Below, one piece after another: positions 1 to 7,181 of a DNA stretch of 32,000 nt. The notes under the pieces are model-generated. The model saw only the letters and a program-made list of their open reading frames with translations. It was not told the origin of the DNA and made no database searches. Source of the DNA: Zestosphaera tikiterensis (GTDB lineage: Archaea > Thermoproteota > Thermoprotei_A > Sulfolobales > NBVN01); the NCBI GenBank assembly GCA_003056265.1, contig NBVN01000004.1, forward strand, positions 412,037-444,036. Direction: 5' to 3'. The translations under genes and the position numbers were made by a program. The first letter of the stretch is position 1; the number at the start of each line of letters is the position of its first letter.

Positions 1-20
1 TATTTTTAGCTAGGGTTCGT

Positions 21-52
21 ACCTACGTAAGCTTTAATCTGCTTACGTAGGT
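21..52. repeat. Perfect 12-bp inverted repeat (ACCTACGTAAGC / GCTTACGTAGGT) with an 8-nt spacer, directly abutting copy A of the conserved element
   Basis: Arms 21..32 and 41..52 are exact reverse complements; the spacer is TTTAATCT; TTT follows on the plus strand. Confidence 0.9.
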
Positions 53-53
53 T

Positions 54-217
54 TTCATCACCCCTATCCATGCCTTAACCCCCGTTTTTCGAGAGCCTAG
101 CTTCACCACTTAGGCTCCATCATTGCTCCGCTAGACTCCCTCAAGCGAGGGTAGGGCCTCATTGAGTGGGTTTCATCCTTACCTCCGTCTCCTCATTGGA
201 TCGTCCACACACCCTCA
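54..217. repeat. Copy A of a two-copy ~165-bp conserved non-coding element (candidate minus-strand ncRNA gene)
   Basis: Hand alignment to 27781..27945 in the same orientation gives roughly 85% identity, while the flanks are unrelated. No frame is open in both copies. A minus-strand TATA-like octamer lies at plus 240..247, 22 nt from the block edge. Confidence 0.85.
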
Positions 218-361
218 CTTTACGATAGCACTAACAAAACTTATAAACTTAATTACTGAATGAAGCACTATCAATAACTATCAACACCTATAAAACTTGA
301 AACTGCTTTGCTAGGCTTATAACCTTACTTCAATTGGTGCTTTTATAGTGTGATTATCTAC

Positions 362-427
362 TCACCTCCTCCTCGTCCTGAAGGGCGAGGGTTTCCCTTT
401 TCAGGCGGTTTATCGGTTTGGAGGTGA
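362..427. other. GC-rich nested-helix element downstream of the sufS stop (candidate structured RNA or 3' UTR element)
   Basis: The outer helix TCACCTCC (362..369) / GGAGGTGA (420..427) is an exact 8-bp complement. The inner helix is CCTGAAGGG (377..385) / CCCTTTTCAGG (395..405), with a 2-nt U bulge. Confidence 0.45.
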
Positions 428-461
428 AGAGTGAGGGAGAGTTTTTAAATCGTTGGGAAGC

Positions 462-1736
462 TTAAGTTCCTGTACATACTTCCTCTACGGGTTCTTTAGC
501 TAGCCTATCTTTCAGCGAGATAATTAGTTTTAAGGTATTTACGAATTCGTCAACCTCCTCTATTGTGTTGTATATGTAGTAACTAGCTCTTACGGAGCCC
601 TTAAACCCTAGCCTGTAGTGAAGTGGGTGTGCGCAATGGCCGCCGCTCCTCACGGCAATTCCGAAGAGATCTAACGCTTTAGCTACTGTGTGGTGGTGTA
701 GGTCTTTAACGTTGAATGAAACTAATCCCGTCCTCGATTCTGGGTCTTTAGGCCCTAAAACCGTTAACTCACTACCTAACTCCTCAAACCTTTTGAACGT
801 ATGCCTCACCAACCTAACGTCGTGTTCCCTCACGTTCTCCATACCTAACCTCATCAGGTATCTAGCCGCTTCAGCAAGGCCTATAACTCCAGCAATGTGT
901 GGGGTTCCTGCGTCAAACCTCCAAGGTAGATCATGCCAAACCACATCATCTAGTGTGACGTCTTTAATCGTGTCACCACCGACTTTAAAAGGCTTCATCT
1001 CCTCTAGGATTTCCCTCTTACCCCATAAAACGCCGGTTCCTGTAGGTCCAAGCATCTTATGACCGCTGAAGGCTAGGAAGTCTAACTCAAGCTCCCTAAC
1101 GTTTGTCGGTACGTGAGGTACGTACTGAGCCCCGTCCCCAACGGCTATAGCCCCTACCGAATGAGCTAACCTGGAGATCCTCCTCACGTCATTTATAGTG
1201 CCTACTACGTTGCTAGCTAAGCAGAAAGCAACGACTTTAGTTCGCTCGCTTAACTTACTTTCTAAGTCTGTTAAGTCTATCCTCCCATCATCGGTTATGT
1301 CTACGTACTTTACTTTAGCACCGACTCTTTCGGCTATAACACGCCACGGTAACATATTGCTGTGGTGTTCCATCACAGTAACTAATATTTCATCGCCTTG
1401 TTTTAAGTTGCTAAGGCCCCAACCCCACGCGACGAGGTTTAAAGCGTCTGTAGTGTTTAAGACGTTAACTATTATTTCATCCCATGAATAAGCGTTTATG
1501 AAGTGGGCTAACACCTCATGAGCTTCTTCGAAGGCTTGACTGGCTTCCTGTGATAACGTGTGAAGACCTCTATGTACGTTAGCGTTGTAGTTGAAGTAGT
1601 ACCTAGCTATCGCCCCCACTACCTGCTTAGGTTTTTGAGTGGTTGCTGCGTTATCAAAGTATATCAATCTCCTCCCGTTGACCTTCCTCTGAAGTATTGG
1701 GAAGTCCTCCCTAATCCTATATACGTCAAACATCAT
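462..1736 (-). CDS. sufS: Cysteine desulfurase, SufS/CsdA-type class V aminotransferase
   Basis: 424-aa ORF. PLP-lysine context FSGHKMLGPTGTGVLWG; active-site Cys loop RSGGHCAHP; length and N-terminal FDNAATTQKP are typical of the family. Confidence 0.9.
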   Translation of the reverse strand: MMFDVYRIREDFPILQRKVNGRRLIYFDNAATTQKPKQVVGAIARYYFNYNANVHRGLHTLSQEASQAFEEAHEVLAHFINAYSWDEIIVNVLNTTDALNLVAWGWGLSNLKQGDEILVTVMEHHSNMLPWRVIAERVGAKVKYVDITDDGRIDLTDLESKLSERTKVVAFCLASNVVGTINDVRRISRLAHSVGAIAVGDGAQYVPHVPTNVRELELDFLAFSGHKMLGPTGTGVLWGKREILEEMKPFKVGGDTIKDVTLDDVVWHDLPWRFDAGTPHIAGVIGLAEAARYLMRLGMENVREHDVRLVRHTFKRFEELGSELTVLGPKDPESRTGLVSFNVKDLHHHTVAKALDLFGIAVRSGGHCAHPLHYRLGFKGSVRASYYIYNTIEEVDEFVNTLKLIISLKDRLAKEPVEEVCTGT

Positions 1737-2280
1737 CTTTAGAAACCCCCTTCAACAACTTACTAAGTAAGCTAATCAACGTATCTTCCTTACTTAACGG
1801 CGGCTTAACAGGCTCTCCCTTTAAAGCCTTACGCACTCTATCCGGGAATGAGGGGACAACGATGCTTAAGTCTATATCGCTTAACACCCCTTCATACTTC
1901 TCTTTGTAAGCTATCTTCCCATCAACCCAACTCAAAAGAACTGTGGTCGGTGATGAATGAACGTCAAAGTATGTGAAAGTTGCTGACGCAGGTATGGAAT
2001 TACATTCCCTCGCGAACCAATCACATAAAACTATGTAGAAGTTGAAGTTCGTTGGACCCATGCGTAACTTCCTTACGAAGGGATACCAGTAAATATCGTA
2101 TCTCCTACACGCAGAGCATTTAGTATTATCGAAATACATTACAGCGTACATGTCCTTAGGGATGAAAGGATCTGCACCAGCAACATCTACGTAGACCCAC
2201 ACATCGTTAGCTTTATCATATTTGTAAATTCCGTGTTTGTCGTTAGGCGTTACTTCCTTCACAGCGTAGTCAACGGTCAT
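1726..2280 (-). CDS. Thioredoxin-fold protein with a CSAC redox motif, translationally coupled to sufS
   Basis: 184-aa ORF. YFDNTKCSACRRY (CxxC at the helix N-terminus) and a later SSPTTVLL (cis-Pro-type element). An 11-nt overlap with the sufS start indicates an operon. Confidence 0.5.
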   Translation of the reverse strand: MTVDYAVKEVTPNDKHGIYKYDKANDVWVYVDVAGADPFIPKDMYAVMYFDNTKCSACRRYDIYWYPFVRKLRMGPTNFNFYIVLCDWFARECNSIPASATFTYFDVHSSPTTVLLSWVDGKIAYKEKYEGVLSDIDLSIVVPSFPDRVRKALKGEPVKPPLSKEDTLISLLSKLLKGVSKDDV

Positions 2281-2373
2281 TCAATACCCCAAAGATCTTA
2301 AGTCTACGTTAAAATAAACTTAAAGCAACGAACATATTACCTCATCAAGATAAAGTATCGTGGGTGGTTCACC

Positions 2374-3234
2374 GTGAGATTAGGTCCAGCTCTAATTCAG
2401 GGTGTGTCTAAGAACTCTGTGTTAGTTTCGTCTGTAAAGCAGTATATAATCATTAGGAGGACTAAGTATCAGGAAGCTCAAATATTAGAGTTCGACGACT
2501 TCGGTAAGGCTTTAGTGTTAGATGGCTATATTCAATCCACTGAGTTCGACGAGTTTATGTATCATGAATCGCTTGTACATCCGGCTATGGTAGCACATCC
2601 AAGGCCTGAGAATGTGTTAATAATTGGGGGTGGTGAGGGAGCTACATTACGTGAGGTTTTAAAACATAACGTCGTTAAGAAGGCTGTCATGGTGGATATA
2701 GACGGTGAGTTAGTTGAGTTAGCTAAAGAGTATTTAGGATTTATGCATCAAGGCTCCTTCAACGATTCTAGGGCGGAGGTAATTATTGAAGACGGCCTTA
2801 AGTACGTGGAAAAAGCCCCTAAAAACTTCTTCGACGTTGTAGTTCTTGATTTAACCGATCCTTACGGTCCTGAAATAGGTAGGCTGCTTTACTCAACGGA
2901 GTTCTACGCTAAAGTAAAGACGTTGATTAAGACTCCAGGCATAGTAGTTACGCAAGCAGGTAATTCATTCTTCTTCCCCGAAGTTTACGAGGACGTTTTA
3001 AACAGCATGAAAAGAAACTTCAGCGTGGTTAGAGAGTATTGGACTTGGATACCTTCGTTTGGCTACGCATGTAACTTCATAGTTGGTTCAGACGGGTTAG
3101 ATCCTCGAGCGCTAACCGAATCTAAAGTTAATGAAACACTGAAGTTAAGGGGGGTAGCAACTAGGTATTATGACGGAAGACAGCATGAAGCGTTTTTCAA
3201 GAATAAAGTGGTCGTCGGTGTGAGAAAAGGATAA
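2374..3234 (+). CDS. speE: Spermidine synthase / polyamine aminopropyltransferase
   Basis: 286 aa with a GTG start. Motifs LDGYIQSTEFDEFMYHE, IIGGGEGATLREVLKH, VDIDGELV and LDLTDP match the SpeE fold. Confidence 0.9.
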   Translation: MRLGPALIQGVSKNSVLVSSVKQYIIIRRTKYQEAQILEFDDFGKALVLDGYIQSTEFDEFMYHESLVHPAMVAHPRPENVLIIGGGEGATLREVLKHNVVKKAVMVDIDGELVELAKEYLGFMHQGSFNDSRAEVIIEDGLKYVEKAPKNFFDVVVLDLTDPYGPEIGRLLYSTEFYAKVKTLIKTPGIVVTQAGNSFFFPEVYEDVLNSMKRNFSVVREYWTWIPSFGYACNFIVGSDGLDPRALTESKVNETLKLRGVATRYYDGRQHEAFFKNKVVVGVRKG

Positions 3235-3254
3235 GGAATCTTCATTATGTTTTA

Positions 3255-4142
3255 CTATTGCCCTTCTAACGCATTTCCTTCCTTCAGATATTCTAAGATT
3301 TTCGAAGCGATCTCATCGAATACCTTAGTAACTGGGGAATCTGGATATTTCAACACGTAGGGCGTTCCCTCATCATTTGCCTCAGCTATTCTAGGGTCTA
3401 AAGGTATCTCACCTAAGAAAGGTATTCCATACTTCTCAGCTATTCGTCTTCCGGTTCCTGTGCCTAAGACTTTATACGTTTTTCCGGAATCAGGGCAGTA
3501 GAATGATGACATGTTCTCAATAACGCCCAACGGCTTCATACCTATTCTCCTGGCGAAGGCTATGGACCTACCTACGACAAGTATAGACACTTCAGAAGGT
3601 ATCGTTATGAAGATAGCGCCGTCAAGTTTAGGTATTTCCTGAGCTACGGTAATTGCTTCATCGCTGGTTCCTGGAGGCATGTCAATCACTAGAAAGTCGA
3701 GCGGACCCCAATACACGTCAGTTAAGAATTGAAGTAAGGCTGAGGTTTTTATAGGGCCTCTCCAAATGACTGGGGTATCGTCGTCAGGTAGGAGGAAATC
3801 TAGAGATATGACCTTTAGGTCTAGGGGCCCTACAGCAGGTAAAATCCCTTCGGAAGTCGCTATAAGCCTCTGACCTCTAATCCCAAGCATCTTAGGTGCT
3901 GAAGGACCGTGGAAATCAACATCCATAAGACCTACTTCAAAACCTAACTTCCTTAAAGTTAAGGAAAGGTTTGAAGCTATGAAGGACTTGCCTACACCGC
4001 CCTTACCTGACATCACAGCTATGACATGCTTTATCCCCTGCATCCTCTCAAGGACTTTCTGTTTTCTAGCATCTTGAGGCCTTGGAGGTAGTCTAACCGA
4101 AGGTTTTCTACTCTCGCCTTCTCCACTCAAGCACTTCCCCAA
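3255..4142 (-). CDS. Mrp/ApbC/NBP35-family P-loop ATPase (Fe-S cluster carrier type), with CxxC degraded to CPDS
   Basis: Deviant Walker A SGKGGVGKS and ENMSSFYCPDSGK in place of the usual CPxCG. The ORF-track start is TTG at 4142. The ATG at 4043 (MQGIKHVIAV...) is an equally plausible start. Confidence 0.85.
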   Translation of the reverse strand: MGKCLSGEGESRKPSVRLPPRPQDARKQKVLERMQGIKHVIAVMSGKGGVGKSFIASNLSLTLRKLGFEVGLMDVDFHGPSAPKMLGIRGQRLIATSEGILPAVGPLDLKVISLDFLLPDDDTPVIWRGPIKTSALLQFLTDVYWGPLDFLVIDMPPGTSDEAITVAQEIPKLDGAIFITIPSEVSILVVGRSIAFARRIGMKPLGVIENMSSFYCPDSGKTYKVLGTGTGRRIAEKYGIPFLGEIPLDPRIAEANDEGTPYVLKYPDSPVTKVFDEIASKILEYLKEGNALEGQ

Positions 4143-4409
4143 AACCTATTTTAACGCAGTTAAAAAGCTCTTTAAACAGTAGGTTAAACTTAACTAATTA
4201 ACTACGTAAAACTTAAAACATGTTTCGTGGCTGAAGACCCACAGATTCTTTAACTCATTAAAAGTAGTTGATGAGGTAACTTTTACGCTTCACCTTAACT
4301 TATTAGAGTTAATCTATGGAGTCAAAGCCCTGATAATTCCAGCTGTTTAGATGCTTTATAATCGGTCGTTATTATCTACCTAGTAAAACTTTTAGAGGTG
4401 GTGTAAGCT

Positions 4410-5042
4410 ATGGTGGATGTCTTAGATTTAAGTTTCGTTAAAGAGTATTTAGATAAGCTTGACTCGGCTAGGGAGGTCTTAATTAAACGTAGTAGGGAGT
4501 TAACGCAGATGTCAAAACGAGTGATTAGCTACTGCTTAAGAGGACAAATGGATAATGCTTACGAAGAGTTAACTAGGCTTTCTAAGGCGTATGAAGAGTT
4601 GATAAGCGCTTTATCAGATAGTGCCGAACTTCAACATTCGCAACTCCTCTACTCCGTGGTTGCGGAGTATGTCGAAGCTTTAACGTTCTTTGAAGTTTTA
4701 AGGAACGGTAAGCTACCTAGCGTAGGTGAAGTTAAAACGCACGTCATACCTTACGTTTTAGGTTTAGCCGATCTTATAGGAGAACTTAAGAGATATTCGC
4801 TTGAGTTAGTTAGGTTAGGTAAATATAATGAGAGTATGAAATACTTAAAACTTTCTGAAGATATTTACGAATCGCTGACGTCATTAACATACCCTGACGT
4901 TATCCTTCCAGGTCTTAGGAGGAAGTTAGACATATACAGGAAAGTTATAGATGATTGGAAGGAGTTTCTACTAGATTTAATATCGAGAAAAGAACTTAAA
5001 GACCTGCTAAGAAAACACTACGGTAGCGTTAATGAATTATAA
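4410..5042 (+). CDS. Translin-family protein (archaeal translin-like)
   Basis: 210 aa, all-helical. The GELKRYSLELV and LRRKLDIYRKVIDDWKEFL pattern is typical of translin C-terminal helices. This is family recall only. Confidence 0.5.
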   Translation: MVDVLDLSFVKEYLDKLDSAREVLIKRSRELTQMSKRVISYCLRGQMDNAYEELTRLSKAYEELISALSDSAELQHSQLLYSVVAEYVEALTFFEVLRNGKLPSVGEVKTHVIPYVLGLADLIGELKRYSLELVRLGKYNESMKYLKLSEDIYESLTSLTYPDVILPGLRRKLDIYRKVIDDWKEFLLDLISRKELKDLLRKHYGSVNEL

Positions 5043-5114
5043 GTTCTGAAGTTTTCATTACGCTTAAGTTATGGTTTTATGCTTATGGATATGTTGGGTT
5101 TTAACGGCTGACGG

Positions 5115-5192
5115 CCCCTGTTGTTTTTTAACAGGGGTTCTCCCCCTAGGGCTTCCATCACCTCTCTGAAGCCCCTCATCGAGGGTGATGAG
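5115..5192. other. Three consecutive GC-rich hairpins in a convergent intergenic gap (bidirectional terminator or small RNA candidate)
   Basis: Hairpin 1: CCCCTGTT (5115..5122) / AACAGGGG (5130..5137) with loop GTTTTTT. Hairpin 2: GGGCTTC (5149..5155) / GAAGCCC (5168..5174). Hairpin 3: CTCATC (5175..5180) / GATGAG (5187..5192). Confidence 0.5.
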
Positions 5193-5221
5193 CTGTTGCT
5201 AGATAAGTATGAGGTTATGTT

Positions 5222-6220
5222 TTAAAGCCATTTAAGTACGTTATCTACGTATTGAAATGTTATGGGTGACCCACCGGTGTGTATGAATACGACGTTTTCA
5301 TTTCTCCTTATCTCACCCTTATGGATTAAATCTATGAGTCCATACATGCCTTTAGCTGTGTATACAGGGTCTAGTATGAGGCCTTCAGTACGTGCTACAT
5401 ACTTCATGGTGTCAACAACTTCTTTAGTTATTACTCCATAACCTCCAAACACATAATCATCATACACTATGACGTCATCTGAGGTTACTTTAACCTCTAT
5501 GTTGAAGGCTTTGCTGGCTTGATTAACGAGCTTTAACACCCTAGCTTGTTCCTCTGAAGCTTTCCTACCGTTGCTAATCCCTATGACTTTAACGTCATCT
5601 ACGCCTAAGGCTTTTAAACCAAGTATAAGTCCTGCTTGAGTAGCTCCAGTACCTGTTGTGTGGATTATATACTTAGGTCTTACGTTGAGGGCTAGGGTCT
5701 GTTGAATTATTTCTAAAGCTGCTAACGCATACCCTAAAACCCCGTATTCCGAAGCCCCACCTGCTGGGATGATATATGGTCTTCTACCGGAGGATTTAAG
5801 TTCCTCAGCTATTCTCTCCATAACCGCGTCAGCGTCCTCACCGTTTTCAACGTATGTTATCTTAGCTCCTAAGAGGGAATCCAGCAGTAAATTCCCTTGA
5901 ATCACTTCCTTACTCCCAGGAGGGGTTAAAACCAAATGTGCTTCAAGACCTGCTTTCCTAGCGGCTGCCGCTGTTAACCTAGCGTGGTTTGAGTGAATCG
6001 CCCCACGCGTTATTAAAACGTCCGCTCCCTTACTCAAGGCATCAGCTAATATAAACTCAAGCTTCCTAACTTTATTACCGCCGAGAGCTAATTCCATCAC
6101 ATCATCTCTCTTAATTAACAGGTTAACCCCTAAATCCCTACTTAAGTTTGAAGCTTTCTCAATAGGTGTTGGGAGGGTAGTGAGCTTAAACCTAGGCATG
6201 GTTAAGACACGCCACATCAA
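5222..6220 (-). CDS. PLP-dependent ACC deaminase / D-cysteine desulfhydrase family protein (Pyrococcus PH0054-like)
   Basis: 332 aa. IKRDD...GGNKVRKLEFILADALSKGADVLIT (PLP-Lys), HSNHARLTAAAA, and a C-terminal LDPVYTAKGMYGL...FIHTGG. It aligns by eye along its full length with the remembered PH0054 sequence. Confidence 0.85.
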   Translation of the reverse strand: MMWRVLTMPRFKLTTLPTPIEKASNLSRDLGVNLLIKRDDVMELALGGNKVRKLEFILADALSKGADVLITRGAIHSNHARLTAAAARKAGLEAHLVLTPPGSKEVIQGNLLLDSLLGAKITYVENGEDADAVMERIAEELKSSGRRPYIIPAGGASEYGVLGYALAALEIIQQTLALNVRPKYIIHTTGTGATQAGLILGLKALGVDDVKVIGISNGRKASEEQARVLKLVNQASKAFNIEVKVTSDDVIVYDDYVFGGYGVITKEVVDTMKYVARTEGLILDPVYTAKGMYGLIDLIHKGEIRRNENVVFIHTGGSPITFQYVDNVLKWL

Positions 6221-6268
6221 GACCTACACCCTATAACCATAGTGGATTAGGTTTAAATTCCTTACCGA

Positions 6269-6469
6269 TCAGAAGTAGCCAGGTGGCACGCCATCCTTCA
6301 GCAGAAGATGTTTAAATCTATCATCCTCAACGCTTAAGAACACGTACATGAAGCCATTATTAGAAACGAAAACCTCCCTAACTAAAGCGGCAGATACTTC
6401 AACACCCTCTAAGAAAAATGAACCTCCACCGTATGTTACCCATTTAAAAGGGCCGTACCATGGAGTCAT
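6269..6469 (-). CDS. Hypothetical small protein (66 aa)
   Basis: The ORF fills an otherwise empty gap, on the same strand as its neighbours. No recognisable motif. Confidence 0.35.
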   Translation of the reverse strand: MTPWYGPFKWVTYGGGSFFLEGVEVSAALVREVFVSNNGFMYVFLSVEDDRFKHLLLKDGVPPGYF

Positions 6470-6513
6470 TCACACTTACCGTTAACTTAAATTTCCAACA
6501 GAGTTTAAACGCT

Positions 6514-6747
6514 TTAGAAGTTTTGACTTAAGAGCTCCTCAACTTCTTCAAGGGACATGAACACCTCAGCTAACTTAATCACGTTGGATAACGTAGGCTC
6601 TTTACGTGTTTTAGAAGCTAACGGTTTATACTCTGGATGTTCATATATTAGAAACCTCAGCATCTCCTCCAACAGCTTACGTCCTTCAGAGTTTAAAACA
6701 CCGTTTTTATCGAAGTACAGCCTATACTCGGTTAGTAACTTCCTCAT
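6514..6747 (-). CDS. Hypothetical small helical protein (77 aa)
   Basis: ORF on the same strand as its neighbours, with a charged helical composition. No recognisable motif. The overlapping plus ORF 6557..6814 looks like a shadow. Confidence 0.4.
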   Translation of the reverse strand: MRKLLTEYRLYFDKNGVLNSEGRKLLEEMLRFLIYEHPEYKPLASKTRKEPTLSNVIKLAEVFMSLEEVEELLSQNF

Positions 6748-6781
6748 TAAAGACTTAACGTCCTTACCTACGGCTTTAAAC

Positions 6782-6802
6782 CCTTCGTTGACGAAGGTTT
6801 TT
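6782..6802. terminator. Hairpin CCTTCG-TTGA-CGAAGG followed by T5, just downstream of the RAM-domain gene
   Basis: 6-bp perfect stem 6782..6787 / 6792..6797; T-run 6798..6802 on the plus strand. Confidence 0.35.
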
Positions 6803-6821
6803 CACCTGTGTTAACGCGTCG

Positions 6822-7061
6822 CTACCTAGACGTTATTAAAGTCGACGTTCTCTGAACCCCCGGTATTTTCCTTAACTGGGTTACTACCCTATCTACTTCC
6901 TTAAGTTCTGTGGTTTCAACTATTACGACTAGATCGTATTCGCCGAAAACTACGTCGACAGATACTTTAGTTTTCTCATTGCCTAGCTTAAGTATTTCCT
7001 CAGCTATTTGATATTCGGTACCTAAGGAAACAACTGTTAGTATGTATGCTTTAACAGACAT
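6822..7061 (-). CDS. Stand-alone Lrp/AsnC ligand-binding (RAM) domain protein
   Basis: 79 aa. A beta-alpha-beta-beta-alpha-beta pattern (AYILTVV...GEYDLVVIVETTELKEVDRVV...IPGVQRTSTLI) typical of DM1-like RAM proteins, with no HTH. Confidence 0.7.
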   Translation of the reverse strand: MSVKAYILTVVSLGTEYQIAEEILKLGNEKTKVSVDVVFGEYDLVVIVETTELKEVDRVVTQLRKIPGVQRTSTLITSR

Positions 7062-7181
7062 TTTAATTACCTATTTCCTAGGTTAATGAACGTTAATAAA
7101 GTTGATTCAGGTCTTAACGTATGAAGCATTGATAGTTAAGCTTTTAAAGCGTTAATTACGTTATTTAGGAGGTCGGGCATA

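Noticed and set aside
688-1491. Plus-strand ORFs 688..1062 and 1198..1491. This entry also stands for similar antisense ORFs elsewhere in the track: 1560..1742, 7274..7477, 9832..10146, 10852..11148, 10860..11054, 11275..11709, 12850..13283, 13934..14227, 14483..14710, 15331..15516, 17029..17265, 18293..18553, 18653..18892, 19649..19879, 20772..21023, 21997..22221, 23113..23394, 26518..26730, 27269..27538, 28196..28552, 30059..30355 and 30665..30865
   Set aside because: Each lies entirely or almost entirely inside, and antisense to or out of frame with, a longer ORF that has clear family motifs. Their translations are low-complexity (S/T/L/P-rich) shadow frames with no recognisable motifs.
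2281-2373. Minus-sense UUGAUGA in the spacer upstream of speE, as a C/D sRNA
   Set aside because: No CUGA box follows anywhere in the spacer. The sequence is AT-rich divergent promoter DNA.
4268-4333. Possible C/D box sRNA (TTGATGA at 4268..4274 and CTGA at 4330..4333) in the mrp/translin divergent spacer
   Set aside because: The C-to-D distance (55 nt between the boxes) is too long for the archaeal 12-nt-guide architecture. No D' or C' boxes and no terminal stem are present.
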